Shown here in pieces: positions 13,522 through 26,867 of a DNA stretch of 64,000 nt. The position numbers and the translations under genes are program-made. Source of the stretch: Octopus vulgaris (lineage: Eukaryota); the NCBI GenBank assembly GCA_951406725.2, contig OX597817.1, positions 31,992,001-32,056,000 of the forward strand, given 5' to 3'. Position 1 is the stretch's first letter; each line of letters starts with the position of its first letter. The notes below the pieces were generated by a model, which was not told the DNA's origin, made no database searches, and saw only the letters and a program-made list of their open reading frames with translations.

Positions 13522-13971
13522 ATAAATCTCAGAGCGAGTTATAAACAGTAGCGGTAACACATCGTGACGCATATTTGCCATTTGAATATGGCTAACCCTT
13601 AAGGGTGGATGCTACTGTAGTTTGTAGCCCCAGGAAGATATCTCCTCCAGCTGGCTATAGACACACTATCTGTGTCCTCTCAGTATTTGTGAAGGGGAGT
13701 CATCCTCCCCGTCTTCAACTCATGATACACACGGACCCGAGTTTCAAGGTGTTTACCTTTCATGGTGTTTACCTGATGAAGGGTAAACACCTTGAAACTC
13801 GGGTCCGTGTGTATCATGAGTTGAAGACGGGGAGGATGACACCCCTTCACAAATACTGAGAGGACACAGATAGTGTGTCTATAGCCAGCTCGAGGAGATA
13901 TCTTTCTGGGGCTACAAACTACAGTAGCATCCAACCTTAAGGGTTAGCCATATTCAAATGGCAAATATGCG

Positions 13972-13975
<4 letters not shown>
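13517..13975. mobile_element. Fold-back element in (TA)n: ~200-bp arms (13564-13763 / 13776-13975) turning at a hammerhead core; 47-bp tail on left arm only
   Basis: Arms are reverse complements with ~5 mismatches, hence the mirror ORFs MDATVVCSPRK on both strands. CUGAUGA-AGGG(uaaaca)CCUU-GAAA-CUCGGG-UC at 13773-13805. Confidence 0.85.
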
Positions 13976-14025
<50 letters not shown>

Positions 14026-14080
14026 CACGTACATATAGATATATGCATCTATATATATATGTATATATACGCACATCCAA

Positions 14081-14169
<89 letters not shown>

Positions 14170-14479
14170 GATATATACCTATGTATATGTGTATATATAT
14201 ATATATGTATGTGTATATGTATGTATATATATATGCATATACGCACACACACAAATATATATATATATGTATATATGTGTGTACATATAAAGGTACGTAC
14301 GTATGCACAGTCTTCCTCCCACCCTCTCATCTTTCTCTCTTCGTCTCTCTCTCTCTCTCTTCGTCTCTCTCTCTCTCTCTCCCTTTGTCACTATCTATTT
14401 TTAATTTTTTTCCTCTTTTAATTTTCTCTGTATTTCTACCACGCATTTAATAGAAATTAAAACTAGACCTTTTAATACC

Positions 14480-14712
14480 TATTTCTTTATTACCCACAAG
14501 GGGCTAAACATAGAGGGGACAAACAAGGACAGACATAGGTATTAAATCGATTACATCGACCCCAGTGCGTAACTGGTACTTAATTTATCGACCCCGAAAG
14601 GATGAAAGGTAAAGTCGACCTCGGCGGAATTTGAACTCACAACGTAACGGCAGACGAAATACCGCTAAGCATTTCGCCCGACGTGCTAACGTTTCTGCCA
14701 GCTCGCCGCCTT
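14480..14712 (-). mobile_element. SINE family A (tRNA-like head, Meta-domain-like core) with 17-bp TSD
   Basis: TSD ctagaccttttaatacc (14463-14479) / ctagactttttaatacc (14713-14729). Core gcctttcatcctttcggggtcgataaattaagtaccag. Confidence 0.9.
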
Positions 14713-14915
14713 CTAGACTTTTTAATACCGTTGGTATCAAAGCTAAGTCACTGTGTTTCGACGAACATCAGCCATGAGAACAGAATAACTAACTGAATAA
14801 CTCTTCAAAACGCCTCACTAATTTACCCCCAACATACAGAAACAAAACATTTACTCATGGAGAGAGAACCCTTCGTATAATTGCTTCTTTTAATTACCCC
14901 ATCGCCCTCCTCTTT

Positions 14916-14962
<47 letters not shown>

Positions 14963-15107
14963 CCTCATCATCATCATCATTATCACCCATCATCAATAAT
15001 TGGTTGTTTTATATTCTCTTTGATATTGTTTGATATTCAGCATGGTCTCCATCGTCATCGTCACCATCATCATCATCATCATCATCGATATCATCTTCCT
15101 AATATTA

Positions 15108-15178
<71 letters not shown>

Positions 15179-15189
15179 GTTGTGCAAAG

Positions 15190-15370
15190 TAGATTGGTAA
15201 AATCGTTAGAGCACTGAACTGTTCTTTACTTTCTGAGCCTAAATTCTGCGCCGAGATCAACTTTACCGTTCATCTTTCCAGGGTCGATAAAATATAAAAT
15301 ACCAGTAAAACTCGCGGTTTTATTCGATTCACTCTCTGAAAATTTCTGGTTACGAACCAATGTAAGAAAT
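15190..15370 (+). mobile_element. SINE family A, old copy
   Basis: Degenerate aatcgttagagc...gggtcgataaa...accag. Confidence 0.6.
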
Positions 15371-16176
15371 TAATATAATTATATTGGGGGGGGGGATAAT
15401 GATTTCTGCATCAGAACATGATACTTTATGCTTTCATTTCATTTTGTTGTGACTGTTTGGCATTTCATTTCTCAGATAAAAAAAAAAAAAAAAGCCAACA
15501 CGATATTGACGACTATTCAAGGAATTATATCTTCTCAGCTATGAAAACATTTTTGTAAAAAAACGACTTTATTTTGAAATATAGTTAAAATTATCACCAG
15601 CAGATATTGCATTACTACAGCTACTTGTCCAATATCCGATATCGATTTCAAATTGGAATATCTTCGCTTCACTCATGTCTGTAATGCCCTTCCGTAAGGT
15701 ATTTTATATCATACTTCCCTTATCAAATTTTCGCTCGTTTTTTTATGCCTGCCTAAGAAAATATTTTCGTGTGCTTAAATCTCAGCATTTGATACTCTTT
15801 TTAATGGTTAGTAACCGGATAGTACTTTTAGCCTATCTCCTCCACCTTTCATAATATGCATGCATCTCGTAGACTTGACAATTTTCACTACAAACGACTG
15901 AAATTCAATAACTTAGCAACTTCACCAAGTTAACGCAATAGATTGAAAGTCAAACAGACTCCTTTATTTATTATTTCTCCTACCAAATTAAATCATTCCT
16001 TTTCTTAAATCCTATAAGATCAATGTTTTAATTTTGTTTACAGAAAAAAAAATCTTTTAGTGTTGTAATACGCCATTCTTAATGTCGTGTGGACAATGTA
16101 TGTTTTAAATTTTCTTGCATTGCTGCATGACTGCCATCGCATTTTTTTCCGTAATATATTTCTAATGATGATATTC

Positions 16177-16598
16177 GGATCTTTTCGGTTTGAACGGCAG
16201 TTTTTAACATAATTTCTAGGTAACTAAAAAATTTTAAACTTTGTATACTGGTAGAATGTGTTTATAAAACATCTTTTCCTCTTGGCTTTATTGAGAAAAT
16301 TCTATAGTTTGTAAGATATTTGTTGTTTTTTTTCTTCAATTTCTGCAATTTCAACCAATCACTGACGTCCATTGAGGTAAAAAAAAAAAACAGTCTGTGC
16401 CGTATGAATATGTCCCTCGTTTAAGAAACAGATTGGGTTTATTTACATTTGTGGAGAAAAAAGATACCCTCCCCCCACCCCTAACCCTAACCCTAAAACA
16501 GATTGAAATGCAATAGATCGATACTAGGGTCATAATTATGGGTGATAAATTCATATGACACCGCTAGAAAAAAACTGCCGTTGAAACCGAAAAGATCC
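16177..16598. mobile_element. MITE with 30-bp TIRs, GG...CC ends, 8-bp TSD and internal (CCCTAA)3
   Basis: ggatcttttcggtttgaacggcagtttttt / aaaaaactgccgttgaaaccgaaaagatcc (29/30). TSD tgatattc / taatattc. Telomere-type repeat at 16479-16496. Confidence 0.85.
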
Positions 16599-17329
16599 TA
16601 ATATTCTTCTAAACATATATAAAAGTCCATTATAAATTATTAATAACTTTTTTTTAAAAATGACCATCCCGAAATACAACAGTAACTTTTAAATTATGAT
16701 GTCTACGTATATGTCCGTGTTTTTGTGTAGCTTCTATGCGTAAAAGCAATGTGTATTGTGAGTGTGCTGTTTGTTGGAATAAATATTAAGAGTGGAGTTA
16801 GACTCTATATAGAAAATTATCTCTGAGTTGAAATCAACTAGGGTTCAACATCAGTTCTTAACTCACATTTACATAGCTGATAAAGTAAATTAATAGTAAC
16901 GTATTAGAAGCATAACATTCAACTAAGCTCTCCACCATTACAAAATAAAAACCCAGCCATGTAATTAAAAATAAATCATTATTGTTATACTAATTATATT
17001 TTAAGGTTTCAATGACCAGATTCAGTTCCGATGCAAGCAATGTATTGCTTCTGAGTAACACACTTCCCAATGTGATTTTCTATATGGTCCCTGGTTCTGC
17101 TAAAAACAGCAACAACATCCTCCATAAGTCACAACTCTACCGCCTTTACAAACGATACAGCGAATAACGCAATCCTAAATAAATTGTATCTAAAACAAAG
17201 GCAGCGTAGTCGTTCATGAAACGTCTTTGATCTTAGATCCAGTCAAAATTAATCTGAGATTATACAACAGCAATAACAACAACAACATGTTATTTTATAA
17301 AACAGAAATAGTAAAAGTAGATTTGCCAC

Positions 17330-17565
17330 AAGGCGGCGAGCTGGCAGAAACGTTAGCACGCCGGGAGAAATGCGTAGCCGTATTTCGTCTGCCGTTACGT
17401 TCTGAGTTCAAATTCCGCCGAGGTCGACTTTGCCTTTCATCTTTTCGGGGTCGATAAATTAAGTACCAGTTACGCACTGGGGTTGATATAATCGACTTAA
17501 TCCGTTTGTCTGTCCTTGTTTGTCCTCTTTGTGTTTAGCCCCTTGTGGGTTGTAAAAAGAAAAAA
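17330..17565 (+). mobile_element. SINE family A
   Basis: Full aaggcggcgagctggcagaaacgttagc...ccccttgtggg; degenerate TSD aaaagtagatttgccac / aaaagtagatctgtcac. Confidence 0.9.
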
Positions 17566-17871
17566 AAAAGTAGATCTGTCACTTCTAGTTGCGGAGAGTT
17601 CTAATTTGAAAATAACCATAACATAATTATTGAATTATGTTTTATATTTATAACAATTTTATGTGCATCGCTGATTCGAAAAGAGTTTAAACACGATCTT
17701 ATCTTTCCAAAATATGTAGCTGATTAGCTAAATTAAAACATATGACACCTTTGAAATTCTTCATTCACATATGTTTTTTCTCTGATTTTATAAAATAGAA
17801 CACAATATAATTTCATTAAAAATAGGTTATGTCTTGTCAAACAAAGATGCGTGTGTAATACAATATGATAT

Positions 17872-18308
17872 ATTTTTCTACTCTAGGCGCAAGGCCCGAA
17901 GTTTTTTTTTGGGGGGGGGGCTAGTCGATTAGATCGACCCCAGTTCGCAATTGGTGCTTAATTTAACGATCCCGAAAAGATGAAAGGCAAAGTCGACCTC
18001 GTCGGAATTTGAACTCAGAACATAAAGACGGACGAAATATCGCTAAGCATTTCGCTCGGCGTGCTAACGTTTCTTATTTCTTTATTGCCCACAAGGAGCT
18101 AAACACAGGGGGGATAAACAAGGACAGACAAACGGATTAAGTCGATTATATCGATCCCAATTCGTAACTGGTACTTAATTTATCGACCCCGAAAGGATGA
18201 AAGGCAAAGTCGACCTCGGCGGAATTTGAACTCAGAACATAACAGTAGACGAAATACGGCTACGCATTTCGCCCGGCGTGCTAACGTTTCTGCCAGCTCG
18301 CCGCCCTT
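17872..18308 (-). mobile_element. SINE family A dimer
   Basis: Two cores joined tail-to-head at aagaaataagaaacgttagc. Confidence 0.85.
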
Positions 18309-18495
18309 AATACACTATAACACTTAATATGTGTGTGGTCCCTTCACATGGTGGAATTAGGAATTTTAATTTGAAATTAAGGAATAAAAAGCAGATGCAT
18401 AGCTGTCACATATTTAATGTTTTGTTTACCTATTACGATTTATAGTTGGTGGTAACCATTCTTTATTAGGCATCTTCAGTAGTAACTTATTAATT

Positions 18496-18883
18496 GGATG
18501 GAAGCACTCCGTCGGTTACGACGATGAGGGTTCCAGTTGATCCGAATCAACAGAGCAGCCTGCTCATGAAATTAACGTGTAAGTGGCTGAGCACTCCACA
18601 GACACGTGTACCCTTAACGTAGTTCTCGGGGATATTCAGCGTGACACAGAGAGTGACAAGGCCGGCCCTTTGAAATACAGGTACAACAGAAACAGGAAGT
18701 AAGAGTGAGAGAAAGTTGTGGTGAAAGAGTACAGCAGGGATCACCACCATCCCCTGCCGGAGCCTTGTGGAGTTTTAGGTGTTTTCGCTCAATAAACACT
18801 CACAACGCCCGGTCTGGGAATCGAAACCGCGATCCTATGACCGCGAGTCCGCTGCCCTAACCACTGGGCCATTGTGCCTCCAC
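18496..18883 (-). mobile_element. SINE family C (tRNA-derived, young) with 12-bp TSD
   Basis: TSD aacttattaatt at 18484-18495 / 18884-18895. A box tggcccagtgg, B-box-like ggtttcgattccc. Confidence 0.92.
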
Positions 18884-19199
18884 AACTTATTAATTAGACA
18901 TATCATGAAATGAGACATTTTATTAAAATTAAAGGTGAAATTAATTACAGTCTGGAGTATTTTGTTATTTTACTTCCTTGTGTGCTAGTTATAGGATCTC
19001 GAGTCTGGAATCTGGAGAAGGTACATTTGAGATATTTATATTGCTTTGATATATAAAATAATATATAAAATGCATTTATATTTTCCAGTATCCCTATACT
19101 TCATTATATTATTGTATAAACATGAATTGATTTCTTTTTTTCAAATTTTGCATGAAAAATATATTTTCATTATATTTCGTGATATATTCGTTTCTGTTT

Positions 19200-19510
19200 A
19201 TCTATTTGACTCCTCTGTTAGGCGGGTCTATCCACAGTATTTTTGGTTAGAGAAATGCGTTCAATTTCCCTTAGTTTCCAAGCGAATTCATATATAAATG
19301 TGGAACTTTTCTTATCTCTGAATGAATGTAAATGACGGTTATGTATGTTTTCCCAGTTAATTCCAGTGAATCTCGTGTAAATTCTTCTCAATACCATCAA
19401 CGTCAATGAGTATTGTGGCGAGGAGATACACGTTCTGTTAAATGGGTTGTTTAAGAGATTTCTGGTATCACAAGTTGTTTGCTGGGATAAAGATGTGCCT
19501 TAAGACATTT
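19200..19510 (-). pseudogene. Possible RTE-like LINE C-terminal relic
   Basis: TRFTGINWENIHNRHL...DRP loosely resembles the RTE RT tail (I.W...I.N..L...GRP). Confidence 0.3.
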
Positions 19511-19712
19511 TAAACAACTATACATGTATGTGTGTGTGTATGTGTCTGAGGGTGGGTGGATGCGTGTATACAAGCATCTAGATGCACACCCATCTGTGCA
19601 TTTGGGTATGTAAAAAAATCATATAAAATTAGATTGAGGTTTTGTAACGTATATACACTTACATAATATATATGTGTGTGTATGCATGTATATACATAAA
19701 TACAAATATACA

Positions 19713-19779
<67 letters not shown>

Positions 19780-19861
19780 AATTTACAAAAACTTTCAATA
19801 TATTTCATTTCAGATTTTTGCTTTGTTGTGGTTTCATATCGCTTATCAAACAGAAATAACA

Positions 19862-19941
<80 letters not shown>

Positions 19942-20376
19942 CATATGCAAATGTGTATATATATTTCTGCATGCACACGTATAAATATGTATGAGTATAT
20001 ATATGTTTATATATGTACATGTGTGTGTGTATATGAACACAATTTTCATAATACATCATAATAGAGTAAATATCAATGATATTACAAAGGAACAATTACA
20101 TGATAGTAATATAAAAAGAGTTAAAACATACAAAACAAAAACATGAGATATGTGATATGGTGAATAGGATGCGGCAGGAACCAGCTACTTAAATATCATT
20201 ATATGATCTAATAGTTTACTGATAACCGAATTTAACTGCTAAAAATATATAAAAAAATAAGTCAGTAGTTATTTTCTGTTCCCCCTCTCTCTTTCTCTTG
20301 CCTTCAATCTGTCTTGCGTATATGCATATACATTTATGCATGCGGATATATATGTAAGTATATATGTGTATATAAA

Positions 20377-20448
<72 letters not shown>

Positions 20449-20563
20449 AGTATATGTGTGTGTGTTTGTGTGTGTGTGTGTATGAGTATATATATATATA
20501 TATATATACACATACATATGCACACAAATATGCTTAACATAAAGAACATGGATGCATACTAAC

Positions 20564-20621
<58 letters not shown>

Positions 20622-20672
20622 GTATATATATATGTATATATGTATATATATATGTATATATATATGTATATA

Positions 20673-20770
<98 letters not shown>

Positions 20771-20799
20771 AGTATATATATATACAGACAAGTTAGCGA

Positions 20800-21390
20800 T
20801 ATTTAGTTCTTGACTTTCTGAGGGATTGCGAATGACATAGCCTTTCATCCTTGTGAGATCGATGCAATAAGTAGCAAGGGGAGAAAAAGAAAAAAGAAAA
20901 AGAACGGGACATTGCCGGTGGTTGATGGTACACTGCCGACATGCCCTGAAATTTTGTCGATGAGAAGTGTGTCACAGACAGAGGAAACTGTGGCCCCTCC
21001 CAGAGCGACGAGAGATGGTTTTGTTATCTTCCTTCATAAGGGAGGGGCAATACAGAACTTCTTAAGGAAGCTAGAGGGCCGGAGGGAGGGGCCCATGCCC
21101 TGGACTGAAGACCCAGATTGGCCTTCACAGGTGACTACGGAGGTCATATCGGAAGTCGATATGTTCAGGGTGTTGGACTCCTTCCCGAAGGACCAGTTTA
21201 GGTTCGCCTTCTGGTGCCCCGACCTGGAGCTGGAGCATTGCCTGCGGGAGGCATACAGCATGGTCGGGGAGGAAAGATAAAGAGGTTTTAGTGCCTAGAA
21301 TGTTTATTGTATGTTATTGTGCGTTTGAGGCTCAGCGCCTCAATTTGTAATGGACTATTAAGTCCAGTAAGAACCGAGGTAAGAGGTTTA
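20800..21390 (+). mobile_element. GC-rich island with 122-aa ORF (20912-21280); probable retroelement ORF1-like fragment
   Basis: Abrupt GC rise next to (TA)n and a non-repetitive ORF; family not confidently recognised. Confidence 0.3.
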
Positions 21391-21404
21391 ATACCTCGTT
21401 TTGT

Positions 21405-21789
21405 GTGGAGGCGCAATGGCCCAGTGGTTAGGGCAGCGGACTCGCGGTCATAGGATCGCGGTTTCGATTCCCAGACCGGGCGTTGTGAGTGTTTATTGAG
21501 CGAAAACACCTAAAGCTCCACGAGGCTCCGGCAGGGGATGGTGGTGATCCCTGCTGTACTCTTTCACAACTTTCTCTCACTCTTACTTCCTGTTTCTGTT
21601 GTACCTGTATTTCAAAGGGCCGGCCTTATCACTCTCTGTGTCACGCTGAATATCCCCGAGAACTACGTTAAGGGTACACGTGTCTGTGGAGTGCTCAGCC
21701 ACTTGCACGTTAATTTCACGAGCAGGCTGTTCCGTTGATTCGGATCAACCGGAACCCTCGTCGTCGTAACCGACGGAGTGCTTCCATCC
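21405..21789 (+). mobile_element. SINE family C with 12-bp TSD
   Basis: TSD acctcgttttgt at 21393-21404 / 21790-21801. Tail ttccatcc. Near-identical to the 18496 and 24518 copies. Confidence 0.92.
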
Positions 21790-22385
21790 ACCTCGTTTTG
21801 TTTTTTGAATAACAATGTTTTAGAGAAGCAGAAGATCGGCCGGTGTATTTTGCTCCTCTCATTAATATTATCATTTCGTTTATCATTTCATCTCATTAAT
21901 GTAACGTCCAGCCCGCAGCTAACATCTATCTAATGCTCTTGTGAAAATTCTATGAATAAAAGTAGCAAATTATATGAACAAAAGTAGCATAAAAGTAGCA
22001 TAATCAGCTGTGCCTTTCTCTACATAATCTGGGTGGGGTGGTTGTGTCTAAGGTAAAAAGAAAAAAACGAATCGTGCTCAAGATCTGGTTCCATTTCACA
22101 TTTAGCGTCATTTTTCTAAATTAACCGCGATATGGAGTTGCATCGTATCGGAGTATCTAAACATCTGAAAAAAAAAATAATAAAATACAACGTTTTACGT
22201 ATTTCATGTGAAATCCTGAATATGCGCGGCGCGCGTCTGTGTGCGCGAGAGTTATTTGTGTGTGTGAGTGTGTGTGTGTGTGTGTGTGTGTTTGTGTGTG
22301 CGTGTGTGAGTGTGTGTGTGTGTGTTTGTGTGTGTGTATTGCGTGCGCGCGCATCAGTGAGAATAACAGTAATGGTGCAATCAAT

Positions 22386-22798
22386 ACTCTTTACTCTTTA
22401 CTCTTTTACTTGTTTCAGTCATTTGACTGCGGCCATGCTGGAGCACCGCCTTTAGTCGAGCATATCGACCCCGGGACTTATTCTTTGTAAGCCCAGTACT
22501 TATTCTATCGGTCTCTTTTGCCGAACCGCTAAGTGACGGGGACGTAAACACACCAGCATCGGTTGTCAAGCAATGCTAGGGGGACAAACACAGACACACA
22601 AACACATACATATATATATATATATACATATATACGACAGGCTTCTTTCAGTTTCCGTCTACCAAATCCACTCACAAGGCATTGGTCGGCCCGGGGCTGT
22701 AGCAGAAGACACTTGCCCAAGATGCCACGCAGTGGGACTGAACCCGGAACCATGTGATTGGTTAGCAAGCCACTTACCACACAGCCACTCCTGCGCCT
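22386..22798 (-). mobile_element. SINE family B, full length (tRNA-like head, internal TA/TG tract, gagtaaa-type tail)
   Basis: aggcgcaggagtggctgtgtggtaag...gggttcagtccc...tgaaacaagtaaaagagtaaagagtaaagag. Confidence 0.9.
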
Positions 22799-22876
22799 GG
22801 TGGAAATCACGGCAAGGTTTATCCTAAATCATATACGACTGTCTAAGGAAACACGCACACACACACACCACAAACA

Positions 22877-22947
<71 letters not shown>

Positions 22948-23670
22948 AATGGTCTGCGCTCTATGTTGGAAAATATGAAGATGGCCGTGACACGAACATC
23001 TTTGACTGCCAGTTAATTGAATCAGGATTAAATAGTAGCATCAACAACAGTATCTCTCTTAATCACACAAATTAAGCTTCGTATTTACGTTAGACTTACA
23101 ATCATACTTCTATTAAGCAATGTAATATAGGTTTACAGGGTAAATTATATGTGTGTTTATTTAAATAATCAAGCTTTATATATATATATATATATCTTAG
23201 AGAAAGCTAAATTTTACGTCGTTACTTTTGCTTATTTTTGTTTTTTTGTAGGATTTGTGTTTCTATTTTAACTCGCGCAAACATTCCAGGCTATGTTTAT
23301 TTTTTATGTAGTAAAAATTAGATGTATCACGTGACTGATAATGTTTATATATCACACACTTTTTTCTCGTGTGAGATATAATCTCAAACATTCTAATATA
23401 TTATTTAAGTAAATATGATACGTAAATATTACGGTAAATGAAGCGCTATGTTTACTATGGAAGTAAACAATTCCCATTAAAGTTTTTGTTTCTACAAATA
23501 ATTTTGACTCTCTTTCACTCATTATTGCTGTACTCTCTCGGTATTTCCTTTTATAAATACAAACCTCTCAGTTCAAATAATACCGAAGCCACCTTTGATT
23601 TTCGATGCTTTTAGCGTTGTGTGTGTGTGTGTACTGGTAAAGGACTGGTGTAGTTAAAGTTGAGTATACC

Positions 23671-24088
23671 TATTTCTTTACTACCCACAAGGGGCTAAAC
23701 ACAGAGAGGACAAACAAAGACAGACAAACGGATTAAGTCGATTACATCGAACCCAGTGCGTAACTGGTACTTATTTAATCGACCCCGAAAGGATAAAAAG
23801 CAAAGTCGACCTCGGCGGAATTTGAGCTCAGAACGTAACGGCAGACGAAATACCTATTTCTTTACTACCCACATGGGGCTAAACATAGAGAGGACAAACA
23901 AAGACAGACAAACAGATTAAGTCGATTATATCGACCTCAGTGCGTAACTGGTACTTACTTAATCGACCCCCGAAAGGATGAAAGGCAAAGTCAACCTCGG
24001 CGGAATTTGAACTCAGAATGTAAGGGCAGACGAAATACGGCTACGCATTTCGCCCGGCGTGCTAACGTTTCTGCCAGCTCGCCGCCTT
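23671..24088 (-). mobile_element. SINE family A dimer bounded by one 15-bp TSD
   Basis: TSD aaagttgagtatacc (23656-23670) / aaagttgagtgtacc (24089-24103). Confidence 0.9.
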
Positions 24089-24517
24089 AAAGTTGAGTGT
24101 ACCACCTTCTTTTAAAGTTCCTCTCCTGCCTAACCATAAAACACCAAAATGGAAGTATACTGGCCGGATTGGTTAAATACCAGACAAAATATGATGCGGT
24201 GTTCAGTTTCGCCCATTCATATTCTGATTTCACATACTTCTAAGGTTAAATCATGCCGTATTAATAAAGTTAAAAATTGAAGTTTAAATTTATCTAGATC
24301 CTGTAGTTTCATTAGGCTGGTACTTATCCTGGTTTAGGTGGCTAAGGGCATACAACACCACTACCAACTAAGACGAATGCCAGTCCGTTGCAGAATTAAC
24401 TCCCCTTTGTTGCTTACACTGAGTGAAATTAGAGCAACGGAAACGAAATGCTTTCCTCAAAGTTTATGATCGCTTGTACAATGCCATAACCCACAAGACT
24501 GCGCTTTCCACTGAAGT

Positions 24518-24902
24518 GGAAGCACTCCGTCGGTTACGACGATGAGGGTTCCGGTTGATCCGAATCAACGGAACAGCCTGCTCGTGAAATTAACGTGTAA
24601 GTGGCTGAGCACTCCATAGACACGTGTACCCTTAACGTACTTTTCGGGGATATTCAGCGTGACACAGAGAGTGACAAGGCCGGCCCTTTGAAGTACAGGT
24701 ACAACAGAAACAGGAAGTAAGAGTGAGAGAAAGTTGTGGTGAAAGAGTAAAGCAGGGATCACCACCATCCCCTGCCGGAGCCTCGTGGAGCTTTTAGGTG
24801 TTTTCGCTCAATAAACACTCACAACGCCCGGTCTGGGAATCGAAACCGCGATCCTATGACCGCGAGTCCGCTGCCCTAACCACTGGGCCATTGCGCCTCC
24901 AC
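24518..24902 (-). mobile_element. SINE family C with 10-bp TSD
   Basis: TSD ccactgaagt at 24508-24517 / 24903-24912. Confidence 0.92.
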
Positions 24903-25003
24903 CCACTGAAGTAAGGTACTAGAGTCGATATAATTCTATTACGCCCCTTCTTCAAATGTGAGGCCTTGTACCTATATTAGAAGTCACTATTAAGAGCGCG
25001 ATC

Positions 25004-25392
25004 AAGGCGGTGAGCTGGTAGAATCGTTAGCACGCCGGGCGACATGCGTAGCCGTATTTCGTCTGCCGTTATGTTCTGAGTTCAAATTCCGCCGAGATCG
25101 ACTTTGCCTTTCATCCGTTCGGGGTCGATAAATTAAGTATCAGTAACGCACTGTAGTCGATATAATCGACTTAATCCGTTTGTCTGTCCTTGTTTGTCCT
25201 CTCTGTGTTTAGCCCCTTGTGGGTAGTAAAGAAATGGGTAATTCACTCGTCTTTACGTTTTGAGTTCAAATTCCGCTGAAGTCGACTTTGCCTTCCATCT
25301 TTCATAAAATAAGTACCAGTTGGGCACTAGGGTCGATGTACAAGATTTACCCCTGAAATTGCTGGCCTCGTGCTAAAATTTCAAATCAATAT
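25004..25392 (+). mobile_element. SINE family A dimer
   Basis: Head + core + tail, then a second core with the alternative tail. Confidence 0.85.
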
Positions 25393-26301
25393 TAACTACG
25401 TGAGCATGAATTTGCGTCGTAATTCATCATAGCTAGGTGAGGAGAAGAGGTTCTAACGTTTAGAACAAGCTCGATTCTTTAGTATTCACTTTTTATTTCA
25501 TACAAACATTCCACTTTGTAAATATTATTGAACTGAATCTTTTTCGACACAAACCATCGCAAGTTTCTCCTGAATCTAGTACTTACTTTGATATCTTGTG
25601 TAGCTTATCTTAACACAACTTTCAATCCCGTTTAGCATCTGGGATATCATTTGTACACATTTGTTTTGTGTTTGTTAGAGAGTTACGATTAAAGTATCAT
25701 CTTATCGGGTCACTTACTCTGGCCTCCGGTCTCTCTAATCACAAGTTGATACCCAATGTAAGCTCGATAAAAATAATGATTGATTACTCATATGTCGAGG
25801 GAGGGAGGCATATCGCAAAATGATATAAACAAAAAATCTAGCTGTCTCGGTATGTAAATAGAATCATGATAGACGTCTTTACTTTTATAGCCCATATGGT
25901 TTTCATTTCTAAGCAAGACTTTCTGATAAAACCGAAGCTTATGTTAGTATACATAGCTTTTAATGAGCGATAGACACACTTTTACCTGCATAGGACGTCA
26001 ACATATCTTCGAAATTATTGCGTGGAGACATCTTCTTTCAAATTTCGAATTCCTCGTGGTGAAATACGAAACTGTAAATAGAAATATCCAATCAGCTTGG
26101 GACTTGTTGCTCGAATGGTCTTCTCTTCTGTTTCAATCATTTATTTATTTTATTTGTGCACGAGGGGCCGACTTAGCTGAATTTCCGTGAGGCCCTAGGT
26201 GACAACCTACAGTCAAAAATGTTAAATAATATGTACCCTATTAACGGCATTGTGAACTGTTCATGACGAAGACATTTTTGTTTCAGTATCACACTTGAGT
26301 T

Positions 26302-26702
26302 AAGGCAGCGAGCTGGCAGAATCGTTAGCATGCCGGACGAAATGTTCAGCGGTATTTCGTCTGTCGCTACGTTCTGAGTTCAAATTTCGCCGAGGTCGAC
26401 TTTGCCTTTCATCCTTTCGGGGTCGATTAAATAAGTACCAGTTGCGTAGTGGGTTCGATATAATCGACTTAATCCGTTTGTCTGTCCTTGTTTGTCCTCT
26501 CTGTGTTTTGCCCCTTGTGGGTAGTAAAGAAATAGGTATTTCGTCTGCCGCTACGTTCTGAGTTCAAATTCCGCCGAGGTCGACTTTGCCTTTCATCCTT
26601 TCGGGGTCGATAAATTAAGTACCAGTTGCGTAGTGGGGTAGATCTAATCGACCGGCCCTCTCCCCCAAAATTTCGGGCCTTGTGCCTAGAGTAAAAAAGA
26701 AT
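26302..26702 (+). mobile_element. SINE family A dimer
   Basis: Junction gaaataggtatttcg at 26529-26543. Confidence 0.9.
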
Positions 26703-26867
26703 GTCTGTGGGTAAGTGTTTATGTATGGCTATGTGCATCTAAGCATGTATATGTATACATGAATATATAATTCTGTGAGATATATGTTTATATGAGTTTG
26801 CATAGGTGTATATGTATGCGTCTGCACAGACGCATGCAAAACTAATACCCACATACACACTCAGTGT

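Noticed and set aside
13605-13934. Twin 84-aa ORFs on opposite strands
   Set aside because: A consequence of the palindrome, not genes.
19825-19855. uugauaagcgauaugaaaccac on minus, a possible U3:A8 hammerhead
   Set aside because: Stems II and III too degenerate to support.
21405-21480. SINE heads (also 51500-51572) as true tRNA genes
   Set aside because: Acceptor/anticodon stems are imperfect and they continue into SINE bodies with TSDs.
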